From: a virus
Lineage: Duplodnaviria > Heunggongvirae > Uroviricota > Caudoviricetes
IMG/VR virus record: IMGVR_UViG_3300029705_000023
Location: 173,563-187,654 of that record
Length of the DNA: 14,092 nt
Direction: 5' to 3' (one strand)
Shown here piece after piece: positions 6,588-13,936 of the stretch; positions within the stretch are counted from its first letter, which is position 1, and the number at the start of each line of letters is the position of its first letter. A model generated the notes under the pieces. The model had not been told where the DNA came from. It searched no databases and saw only the letters and a program-made list of their open reading frames with translations. A program made the position numbers and the translations under genes.

Positions 6588-7019
6588 ATGAGTACCCGCG
6601 CCCGACGCTACACTGCTATCGAGATAGCAGAATACGTTTTAGATAAATGTGTAAGAGACGGCTGTCCAATAAGTAACCTGCATCTACAGCCAATGCTGTA
6701 CTTTCTGCAGAAAGCATTTCTCAAGGAAAAACAGTACCCTCTATTCGAAGACAAGATATACGCTGGAAAGTATGTTCCAATCATACTTCCTGTCCATGAG
6801 CGGTACTGTCTGGCGGGAGCCTACCCTTTGCTTGAGCGTTATGATGCTTATTTGCCGGAGGATGTTTGCGAGATCCTCGGTCCGGAGATTAAAAGGCTGT
6901 GCGCTATCCCCCTCCTGGACCTGATCCGCAGCGTAAAGGAGGAGCCTGCCTGGAAAAAAGCGGTACAAAGCAAGTCGCAAGAACTTCGATTACACCTAGA
7001 CGAGGAGCGTGTTTGTTGA
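6588..7019 (+). CDS. Panacea (DUF4065) domain protein with degenerate motifs
   Basis: Start reassigned to ATG 6588 (RBS AAGGAGG). YTAIEIAEYVLDKCVRDGCPISNLHLQPMLYFLQKAFL...LFEDKIYAGKYVPII matches Panacea (ISNLQLQKILYY.Q....F.D.IEAW.YGPVV); late EEPAWKKA motif (cf. E.PW). Confidence 0.8.
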   Translation: MSTRARRYTAIEIAEYVLDKCVRDGCPISNLHLQPMLYFLQKAFLKEKQYPLFEDKIYAGKYVPIILPVHERYCLAGAYPLLERYDAYLPEDVCEILGPEIKRLCAIPLLDLIRSVKEEPAWKKAVQSKSQELRLHLDEERVC

Positions 7020-7071
7020 ACATAAAATATCTCCTGTAAAAAGAGTACATGTTAATTTTGAAAGCGTATAG

Positions 7072-7108
7072 CACGGTTTCACGTTTATGCGAAACCGTGT
7101 TTCTTTTT
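7072..7108 (+). terminator. Intrinsic terminator after the second Panacea gene
   Basis: 9-bp perfect stem CACGGTTTC (7072-7080) / GAAACCGTG (7091-7099) followed by TTTCTTTTT. Confidence 0.8.
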
Positions 7109-7213
7109 AGGTGTCAAAAGTACTTAAAAATACGGGTTTTTGAGGCATATATATTGAATACAAAGAAGCTACGTGTTGTAGCCTCGAAAAATTTTTTATG
7201 AAAGGACTTAATT

Positions 7214-7624
7214 ATGTTCGACGCTACGAAAAATCACGGTTATGTTGAAATGTGGACCCCCGAAGGGGAGGTCCTCTTTGATCGGGAGGCCTTGCGGCAG
7301 ATGTTGCTGCGCCGCCTGAAGAAGGTCGGCGCAGAATTCATCCGTGCCTGGTCGCACACGCGCGGCCAGGCCGCCACCTCTCGCGGGCTTGTTGCCCGCC
7401 TGCGCGAAAGGATAGAATCTAAAGAGTTCATAACTGAATTGGCGGAATGGACCGAGGCCCGCGATAGTATTGGGGCTACCGCGTGGGGTAACCTTTCCGC
7501 GCTTGTAGCCCGATCTCCCGATGAGGAGGCGTGGATTATCGTAGACAGGTATTTGAAATTGGACTTCCTTGATCACCGAGAGGCAAATAGCCTGCAGCGG
7601 CAGGCCTGGCTGGATCAGAAGTAG
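7214..7624 (+). CDS. Hypothetical protein (136 aa, helical)
   Basis: RBS AAAGGA 7 nt upstream, own terminator downstream; no family recognised. Confidence 0.75.
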   Translation: MFDATKNHGYVEMWTPEGEVLFDREALRQMLLRRLKKVGAEFIRAWSHTRGQAATSRGLVARLRERIESKEFITELAEWTEARDSIGATAWGNLSALVARSPDEEAWIIVDRYLKLDFLDHREANSLQRQAWLDQK

Positions 7625-7626
7625 AG

Positions 7627-7657
7627 AAAAAACGCGCCGTGTGAGGGCGCGTTTTTT
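7627..7657. terminator. Bidirectional intrinsic terminator, copy 1 of a repeated module
   Basis: AAAAAACGCGCC-GTGTGAG-GGCGCGTTTTTT between convergent genes. Confidence 0.88.
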
Positions 7658-7727
7658 AGCTATTGCAGCGTTTTCCAGAAATTTTCTAAAATAAGTGTAA
7701 CAGTTCGCCGTTATATAAATAGACAGG

Positions 7728-9527
7728 TCAGAATACCTGGATCAGTCCGTCAGGGTAAATGACTTGCTGATTAGTATAGTCGAAAATAGGCCGAGGCTCT
7801 TTCGAAGGACGGCGTCCTTGCTGTTCGATCGCTTCCCGAGGCGGAGGCAAGCGGTCTGGAACCGTTCGGGAGACCGCGTATGCTGTCGCCAGTGCCTGAC
7901 GCTCCAATTTTTGGAGAAGGTTCCGTTTTTCCTGTTCGCGCGTCGGATCAATGAGCAGATCCGGGAGGTCCTGTATCTCCTTGCTGTTCAGCATTGCGAA
8001 CAGACGTGCGTCAACGGCTTTCTCGGCCTCTGGTGTCATGGGGATCCTAGCGCGAAGTCCATCCATTACAGCCTGATGCACATCCTGGACCGCGCTCTCG
8101 GTAACTATTTCGTCCGCCCAAGGGAAAGCGTGCTGGCGGACATGCAGCGTGTTCGTGACGGGTCGGAGACCTTTCTCAAGTGTATTCACAGCGCGTTCCT
8201 CAATGCCGGGACTGTGTACCGCCTTCGGGTAGGTTTGGGTCACGTCGTTGCCTTTGACGTAGTAGTTCCATGCGTCCTGAAAAGGTGTGACGGCGACGTT
8301 TCCTAATCCTCCAAGCAGTCCAGCAGTCGTGCCGGCTGCTGTCATAATAGGCTTTCCCCATGTTGCGGAATAACGGTAGTCCGGGTGACTGTAATTCGGC
8401 ATATGGCTGGAAAATCCGTCATGAAACCGGTCCTTAAGGCGGGACCAGTACATTCCCCATCCGGTCGTGTTTTTATTATCCGGGTGGTCTGGAGAACGTT
8501 CCCAGGATGTCAGGGCTCTTGCTTCCAGTTTGCGCCCAAAGTCGTCCGAAACTTCCGGGATCTTGTTGTTCTGGATCGCGTTGCCAGCCTCTTCGGCGGT
8601 CTGGTATGCACGATGAGCCGCGCCGGCCTGCGCAAATACGGAGTCGGCCTTAAACGCTGGGTCCACAACAGCAATAGGCGGGAGTGACAGGAAAGCGTTG
8701 TTCAATTCCGGTTTGGGGAACAAGGTAAACGGTTTGAACTCCGGACGATAGTATATCATTTCTCTGTTAAACGGGTGAAAGTAACGGAACAGTTCGTTGT
8801 AGCCGTCCACACCCATTTGCTTAGCATAGGGACCTGCGTTGTCGTACAGATAGCGTGCGCCCGCATTCACGAACCGCGGTGCGTTTCCTATTGCGAAGGA
8901 AAGACCGGTTGCCGCATTGTTTCGGTCTTCTCGCGTGTCGAGCTGGTCCACGGTCCACCCAATCGGCTTGTACATTTCCTGCTTCGCGTGTGCCCACGCT
9001 GGAAATTGCCGGGAATGATTGTCTCGAAGACGCTGTGCTTTCTGTGGATCGATCCAGCTTCCTGCGTAAATTCCCGGCGTTGCGAACACATCCGAGAATG
9101 CACCGAGACCAATATCACGAAGTCCGTATCCTATCGATCGGACACCGTGGTCGAACATAATGTCATCCTGTACCGCCTGCCTTTGTGAGGCGGACTGCGA
9201 GGGGGTCATACGCTCTGCCATCATCCGTTCATTCTCCTGCCAGACAGGATGATCGGGATTGTTGATGTAGTGTTCGTTAATGCCTTGATTCATAGAGTAG
9301 CCCACGTGGTGTCCCGCGGCACTAGCAGCCATATTTCCGGGAAAAGCCGCGATCTGCGTCCCCATGCGGATCGGGGCGGGATTCCAGCGGCTACCTGCAA
9401 CGAACGAGGCTGGAGCACCCAGCCCAGTACTCGCACCCATACGCTCAGATGTATACGCAGGGGATCGTGCCGGATCTTGCTGTGACTCAGTGGTCTTAGA
9501 AGCGGACTGTTTGTTGTACTTATTCAT
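7728..9527 (-). CDS. Hypothetical 599-aa Ala/Gly-rich protein (possible internal virion protein)
   Basis: Long ORF with RBS AAAGGGA; N-terminal KQS motif; no enzymatic motif recognised. Confidence 0.75.
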   Translation of the reverse strand: MNKYNKQSASKTTESQQDPARSPAYTSERMGASTGLGAPASFVAGSRWNPAPIRMGTQIAAFPGNMAASAAGHHVGYSMNQGINEHYINNPDHPVWQENERMMAERMTPSQSASQRQAVQDDIMFDHGVRSIGYGLRDIGLGAFSDVFATPGIYAGSWIDPQKAQRLRDNHSRQFPAWAHAKQEMYKPIGWTVDQLDTREDRNNAATGLSFAIGNAPRFVNAGARYLYDNAGPYAKQMGVDGYNELFRYFHPFNREMIYYRPEFKPFTLFPKPELNNAFLSLPPIAVVDPAFKADSVFAQAGAAHRAYQTAEEAGNAIQNNKIPEVSDDFGRKLEARALTSWERSPDHPDNKNTTGWGMYWSRLKDRFHDGFSSHMPNYSHPDYRYSATWGKPIMTAAGTTAGLLGGLGNVAVTPFQDAWNYYVKGNDVTQTYPKAVHSPGIEERAVNTLEKGLRPVTNTLHVRQHAFPWADEIVTESAVQDVHQAVMDGLRARIPMTPEAEKAVDARLFAMLNSKEIQDLPDLLIDPTREQEKRNLLQKLERQALATAYAVSRTVPDRLPPPREAIEQQGRRPSKEPRPIFDYTNQQVIYPDGLIQVF

Positions 9528-9611
9528 GCGTTCCCTTTAGTTAAATACGTTAGATTATGTGGCATATAACAGGATAGAGGTTAGTATACACTATATTTAA
9601 GGAGTTTTGAA

Positions 9612-9848
9612 ATGGGTTGTATGTTTGAATTGCTGATCGGGCTCATTCTTGAGCCGCTCCGCCTGTTGTTTGTTTGGCTGCTTACCCGGTTTCCAGAACA
9701 TGTGCGTAATATTATTCTAGCCATCTGCCTACTTCTGCCAGTCTTATTCTTGGGTCCTTTTTCGGTGATCTTTCTCATGGGGGTTGTCCTCTACTGGCTG
9801 CTCCGGGACAGTAAAACAGAGGAGAAACAGGAAGATAGGCAGAAGTAA
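9612..9848 (+). CDS. Small membrane protein (78 aa, 2-3 predicted TM segments, charged C-terminus)
   Basis: RBS AAGGAG; long hydrophobic stretches (FELLIGLILEPLRLLFVWLL; IILAICLLLPVLFLGPFSVIFLMGVVLYWLL) ending RDSKTEEKQEDRQK. Confidence 0.75.
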   Translation: MGCMFELLIGLILEPLRLLFVWLLTRFPEHVRNIILAICLLLPVLFLGPFSVIFLMGVVLYWLLRDSKTEEKQEDRQK

Positions 9849-9884
9849 AAAAAACGCGTCGTGTGAGGGCGCGTTTCTTTTTTT
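9847..9884. terminator. Bidirectional intrinsic terminator, copy 2 of the repeated module
   Basis: AAAAAAAACGCGTC-GTGTGAG-GGCGCGTTTCTTTTTTT between convergent genes. Confidence 0.85.
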
Positions 9885-10458
9885 AGCTGTCACAGCTTTC
9901 CGGCTCAGGGAGAGATGGTATACATTCCGGGAAGTCGCATTCTTTGGAGGCGGAAGGGGAAGTCAGGCGGATGGTCAAATGTCCGACAGAAGCATCCAGT
10001 TCTATACCGCTGCCGGGAATGACTGGGATCGTGCTGCTTTTGATCCCGTTGACGGACTCGGCGAGCTGATAGCACTTCGGTCCGCCGGATAAATACTCGC
10101 CGGAGTTCAAAGTGTTTTCCTCTTCCGCCGTCACCGCGATCTCCGCAGGCTGGTAAGTATAGACGGAATCTCCCGCGCCTGGGACCGCGCCGACCGTGAT
10201 CGTGTTTCCGCGTACCGACATGGAACAGTTCCAGCCCGCTTCCAGTGTTAATTTGCCTTGAAGTTCCAAACCTTCCCGGGACGGGTCGTTAGAAGTATTT
10301 TTCATGGCGTAATTGGGAACACATTCTGCATTGTTATTAATATCAGCTGGGATCACTTTTCTGGGAAAGTTCGCCAGACTTACAGAACGAACACAGCGCA
10401 GCGTCTGAATGTTTGCCGGTTCGATACGATAATCTTCGGGTGAAAAAGTTGTGCTCAT
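9883..10458 (-). CDS. Hypothetical beta-rich protein, probably tail/baseplate-associated
   Basis: ATGA-type overlap with the gp25-like gene; Gly-rich beta strands (LTLEAGWNCSMSVRGNTITVGAVPGAG; SVNGI...GSGIEL) and several Cys. Confidence 0.7.
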   Translation of the reverse strand: MSTTFSPEDYRIEPANIQTLRCVRSVSLANFPRKVIPADINNNAECVPNYAMKNTSNDPSREGLELQGKLTLEAGWNCSMSVRGNTITVGAVPGAGDSVYTYQPAEIAVTAEEENTLNSGEYLSGGPKCYQLAESVNGIKSSTIPVIPGSGIELDASVGHLTIRLTSPSASKECDFPECIPSLPEPESCDS

Positions 10459-10916
10459 AGGTAAACAGGAAGTATGATCTCTTCTGTGATCCCTGCCTGA
10501 CTGGTCAATGCAATGGACAGGGACAGGGAATCTCCGAAAAACACCGCATCCAGAAGGACAGCATCCCGGAACCGTTCATCGTCCGGAACTTCTTCTGTCT
10601 CTTCCGCCTTCAGCTGAGCGCGGACATCCATCAGCGCAAACTGGAAGGCGATCTGCACGGCGGCCTCAGAGCGTGCTCTGGAGACACTCTTCAGAAAATC
10701 AGAACCCCTCCCGGGAGCAAAGGTCATGGATCCTGCCGGAGTCACCATTAATAGGAAAAACCGCTGAATGAGCTTCTGGATACCGGTGCAGACCGCGCCG
10801 CCCTTGTGCAGAAGCGAAATATCCAGCTCGCTTTCTCCCTGCTCGGCAGCTCCGTGAAGCACGGAAATATCAAATGTTCGCCCTGCGTATTTGGACAGTT
10901 TGCGGTTAAGCTGCAT
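10455..10916 (-). CDS. Baseplate wedge protein, gp25/GPW-like
   Basis: GIQKLIQRFFLLMVTPAGSMTFAPGRGSDF matches the gp25/GpW pattern (L.Q....LL.T..GS..F.P.YG..); size (153 aa) and C-terminal strands (LSLSIALTSQAG) fit. Confidence 0.65.
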   Translation of the reverse strand: MQLNRKLSKYAGRTFDISVLHGAAEQGESELDISLLHKGGAVCTGIQKLIQRFFLLMVTPAGSMTFAPGRGSDFLKSVSRARSEAAVQIAFQFALMDVRAQLKAEETEEVPDDERFRDAVLLDAVFFGDSLSLSIALTSQAGITEEIILPVYL

Positions 10917-10942
10917 AATACTGGAAATATAAAGGAGAAGAT

Positions 10943-11461
10943 ATGGCTTTTACGATCACAAATATCGCAACGAAGGTCACGGAAGCCGGCGGCGTTAAAT
11001 TCGCTGTCGCACAGCCGTGCACCACTCAACGCGCTTCATTATACGGAGTAGAAGCGACCTGTCAAAACGGTTTCGCTTCTGACCCGGCTCTGGATATTTA
11101 TGTCTTCACCAATCCTCTGGCCGCTGTTGCCAAAATCGAAAGCCTGACCGGGCAGACGCTGGATCAGGAGGCGTCCGAGATCAACCTCGGAAATTATCCG
11201 AACTACAATGAAGCCACTCCCGGACATTATCTTGTCACCGCTCAGCGTGCGGAGTACAGTGCGAATCATCTTCCAGATGCTCCCCTCGGTATTTTAGGCT
11301 GCGAATACGGTCATGATCCCAATCCGTTCGTGACCGACACGGAAGTGAATCCCTATCCGCGGCTGAATTCCGGTTTTCTGACGATCGTGCTGATCTTCAA
11401 TAATCCGGATGTCGTGACAGATGAAAAAGTATTCGTCCGAACACGGGTGGTGAGTGAATGA
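10943..11461 (+). CDS. Hypothetical protein (172 aa, beta-rich, possibly structural)
   Basis: Strong RBS AAAGGAG; first gene of a coupled operon. Confidence 0.8.
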   Translation: MAFTITNIATKVTEAGGVKFAVAQPCTTQRASLYGVEATCQNGFASDPALDIYVFTNPLAAVAKIESLTGQTLDQEASEINLGNYPNYNEATPGHYLVTAQRAEYSANHLPDAPLGILGCEYGHDPNPFVTDTEVNPYPRLNSGFLTIVLIFNNPDVVTDEKVFVRTRVVSE

Positions 11462-11862
11462 AGACGCTGAAATTCCGCTACACTTCGGCTATTGCTCCCT
11501 GGAAGTTCCGGAAGTCCAAAGCACTGCGCACGGTCATCCGTGTCGCTGTCCAGTGTACCGGAGCGATCCTCGTGGATGACGGCGAAGAACGCGAAGTGGA
11601 AGGGCTGACCGCGATCTTCGCCTACCTGAAAAATGCCGGAGGGTATTCCTTCAACCACGTCTGCAACGCGGTGGACATGAAAGAGATCCCTGACAAGGAA
11701 GGCGACCTGTGGACACGAAAGGATTCCATAGATATTCTTGTCCCTGCGCTGGAGACCGCAGAGGAGACGCTGGCGAAGCTGGAAGAAGACATACGGTTTC
11801 TTGCACGCGAGATCACCAGCTATAATGAACTTGTAAGATTGGAAGAGAGAGAGGTATTTTAA
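11458..11862 (+). CDS. Hypothetical protein (134 aa, C-terminal coiled coil)
   Basis: ATGA overlap with the previous gene; heptad-like LETAEETLAKLEEDIRFLARE. Confidence 0.8.
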   Translation: MKTLKFRYTSAIAPWKFRKSKALRTVIRVAVQCTGAILVDDGEEREVEGLTAIFAYLKNAGGYSFNHVCNAVDMKEIPDKEGDLWTRKDSIDILVPALETAEETLAKLEEDIRFLAREITSYNELVRLEEREVF

Positions 11863-12164
11863 TGGCGGCGTTTGTGCGTATCGATGATGCAGTGATCCGG
11901 AATCTTCTGGGGACAGCCTCGCTGTATGCCGACTTCCCAAAGTTCAAAACGCTGAACCAGAAACTTCTTTCTCTGCCTAAACGCTCCGGCTGCAAATGCC
12001 GCAGAGCATCCAATCCCGGAGCAAATATCCTTGCGGAAGCGAAGGCATACATCCAGACGCTTCCGACTGAAAAGAAAAGCATCCTGAAAAAGCATCTGAA
12101 CGCGGACTATCTGAAGATGATGGTCACAGATGCACACGGAAGACACACGGAGTTTACATGGTAG
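11862..12164 (+). CDS. Hypothetical basic protein (100 aa, GCKC motif)
   Basis: TAATG overlap; GAGGT RBS. Confidence 0.78.
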   Translation: MAAFVRIDDAVIRNLLGTASLYADFPKFKTLNQKLLSLPKRSGCKCRRASNPGANILAEAKAYIQTLPTEKKSILKKHLNADYLKMMVTDAHGRHTEFTW

Positions 12165-12517
12165 GAACAATGACCGGAAAAGTCCACAGACTTGGAAATC
12201 TGGAAGCCTGGGCAGACGGAGGAAGCGTCGTTGTGCTGGATCACAAGACACACACCCGAAAACGGGTCTCTGTTCCGGACTGGCAGGAACGCATGACGGC
12301 TGTCGCTGTCGCTGGCATGAACAAACACGGGTCCGAACACGCTTTCGACCGGGACCTCCACTCAGAATCATGGCAGTATGTCCAGAAGATGCAGGAGATC
12401 CTCCGCGAAGCCAGGTTTCAGGGTGACGTCACTGACCCCCGTGTCTTGAAAGAACTCGCAGAAGAACGAAGAACCAATAAAAAATACACCATGAGACCAA
12501 AGGAAATCTATCGATGA
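12158..12517 (+). CDS. Hypothetical protein (119 aa; alternative start 12170)
   Basis: Overlaps both neighbours in a coupled operon; GGAG upstream of ATG 12158. Confidence 0.75.
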   Translation: MVGTMTGKVHRLGNLEAWADGGSVVVLDHKTHTRKRVSVPDWQERMTAVAVAGMNKHGSEHAFDRDLHSESWQYVQKMQEILREARFQGDVTDPRVLKELAEERRTNKKYTMRPKEIYR

Positions 12518-12924
12518 GATTTCGGGATACTTATTTATACGCACACCTGAAACAGGCGTCCTATACAGGCGGACTGATAGCCTCCGGCATCGATCGGGTG
12601 CCTTATGGACGGCAGACACGTGAGGTCGTTCGCGGCATTGGCGGAGACGTTGCAGATCTTACACGACGCGGTATCTTAACTCCGGTAGCCATAGATGCGG
12701 GAACACGTTTCGGACGGAGTCTTGGCGACGTCTTTGGAAAACTCAACCCGGAAGCGGATAACTACGACGATCGGGACATTATTTCACTTCTGAATCAGCA
12801 GGAAGAAGTGGCGCTCCTCCAGCGTGAAACAGAACGTCTGGAACGTCTGGCCCGTATCCGTGCACGTAAGAAGAAAAGAATGCGGGAAGCTGCCGATCGA
12901 GCTGTCCGCTCACCATTCATCTGA
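12514..12924 (+). CDS. Hypothetical protein with N-terminal KQAS motif, Gly-rich helix and basic coiled-coil tail
   Basis: ATGA overlap, AAAGGA upstream; sequence YAHLKQASYTGG... Confidence 0.8.
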   Translation: MRFRDTYLYAHLKQASYTGGLIASGIDRVPYGRQTREVVRGIGGDVADLTRRGILTPVAIDAGTRFGRSLGDVFGKLNPEADNYDDRDIISLLNQQEEVALLQRETERLERLARIRARKKKRMREAADRAVRSPFI

Positions 12925-12931
12925 AACAGCC

Positions 12932-13267
12932 ATGAAATACCCAACAACAGACGAATACGCACTCTCTCCCGGGTATCTATGCTGGTTTCGCGACTGTCTG
13001 CCGAATCCAGTACGGATAACCAATCTGCATAACGGTATATCTGCGGAAGATATGGAAGGTGCGGAGCTTACCAGTGAGTTTCACTGCCAGACCTTCGAGT
13101 TAAATAAAGAAAAAGACCGCATCAAATACACCGTTGTCTGTCAGCGCATACTTGACGGCTGGTATTCCCTGATCGATAGTCAAAAACACTGGGATAAGGA
13201 GACAGGCGTCATGAAAGTATGGATGGAGTGGACACAGGACTATCTGGAGGTAAAAGATGTTCTATAA
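12932..13267 (+). CDS. Hypothetical protein (111 aa, Trp-rich)
   Basis: Start reassigned from 12824 to ATG 12932 to avoid a 100-bp overlap; MKYPTTDEY...KVWMEWTQDYLEV. Confidence 0.72.
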   Translation: MKYPTTDEYALSPGYLCWFRDCLPNPVRITNLHNGISAEDMEGAELTSEFHCQTFELNKEKDRIKYTVVCQRILDGWYSLIDSQKHWDKETGVMKVWMEWTQDYLEVKDVL

Positions 13268-13916
13268 ACAGGCAGACGCAGAAGCGGCAAGTACCGCAGA
13301 GCGGAACTACCGAACTACGGGGAAGGCGGTAGACTACGATACGTATAATAACTCCAACAAATACCTGAATCTTGTCGGAGACGCCGCGCTCGTTGGAATC
13401 GGTGCAGGAACCGGATGGTATGCCCTGAAAAAGCTCGTTGAACGAGCTTACCAAAAGAAACTGGAAAGAGCCGTTCGCCAAAATGCCGCAGTACCCACCG
13501 CTTATAAGCTGCAGGATATGCCGATCCAAAACGATGTCATCGGAGCAGACCTCACCAAGTATGCGGGTACAACGACTTTCACGGACAGCGATCTTAAGAA
13601 AGGATGGTCCACCAACGACGTGCGGAGAGATGGTGAGTCGGGTACCACGCTCTTTTTGGATCCGGATCAGGGACTTCGTAACACAGTCACTACGGAAATG
13701 GCCTCGAATCCTTATGTATGGAACGCGCTTGCATTCGCTTCTATTCCCGCAGTGTTTGGAGGGGCTATGTGGGCAGGGCATAACATCGCGAAAAAAATTA
13801 GCAAAGGACTCGATTCCGAAGAGGTCCTGAGTCTTGAAGAAGAACGACGAAAAGCCCGTAAGCGCTATGAAGAAACTGCCCGACTGCTGCACCATATCTC
13901 TAACGACGAGATCTGA
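13257..13916 (+). CDS. Hypothetical protein with KQA/KYAG motifs and two Gly/Ala-rich hydrophobic helices
   Basis: RBS GGAGGT; helices LVGDAALVGIGAGTGWYALKKL and ALAFASIPAVFGGAMWAGHNIAKKI; C-terminal coiled coil. Confidence 0.82.
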   Translation: MFYKQADAEAASTAERNYRTTGKAVDYDTYNNSNKYLNLVGDAALVGIGAGTGWYALKKLVERAYQKKLERAVRQNAAVPTAYKLQDMPIQNDVIGADLTKYAGTTTFTDSDLKKGWSTNDVRRDGESGTTLFLDPDQGLRNTVTTEMASNPYVWNALAFASIPAVFGGAMWAGHNIAKKISKGLDSEEVLSLEEERRKARKRYEETARLLHHISNDEI

Positions 13917-13936
13917 AACGAAAGGAGAATAAAAAC

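Noticed and set aside
7616-7661. Integron attC site
   Set aside because: Lacks RYYYAAC...GTTRRRY ends; the structure is a standard bidirectional terminator and no integrase is present
7714-7721. T4 late-promoter consensus TATAAATA
   Set aside because: Single occurrence pointing antisense into the 3' end of the 599-aa gene within AT-rich DNA; likely chance
7764-9485. Plus-strand ORFs 7764-8306, 8385-8687, 8775-9188, 8855-9160 and 9249-9485
   Set aside because: Antisense to the 599-aa gene, with no RBS or recognisable motifs
10881-10895. KYAG in the gp25-like protein as a member of the K-x-A motif set
   Set aside because: Appears to be part of the N-terminal Y.GRT.D stretch of this baseplate protein and is not followed by a Gly/Ala helix; probably coincidental
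11353-13895. Minus-strand ORFs 11353-11940, 11859-12371 and 13209-13895
   Set aside because: Antisense to a translationally coupled + strand operon with RBSs and stop/start overlaps
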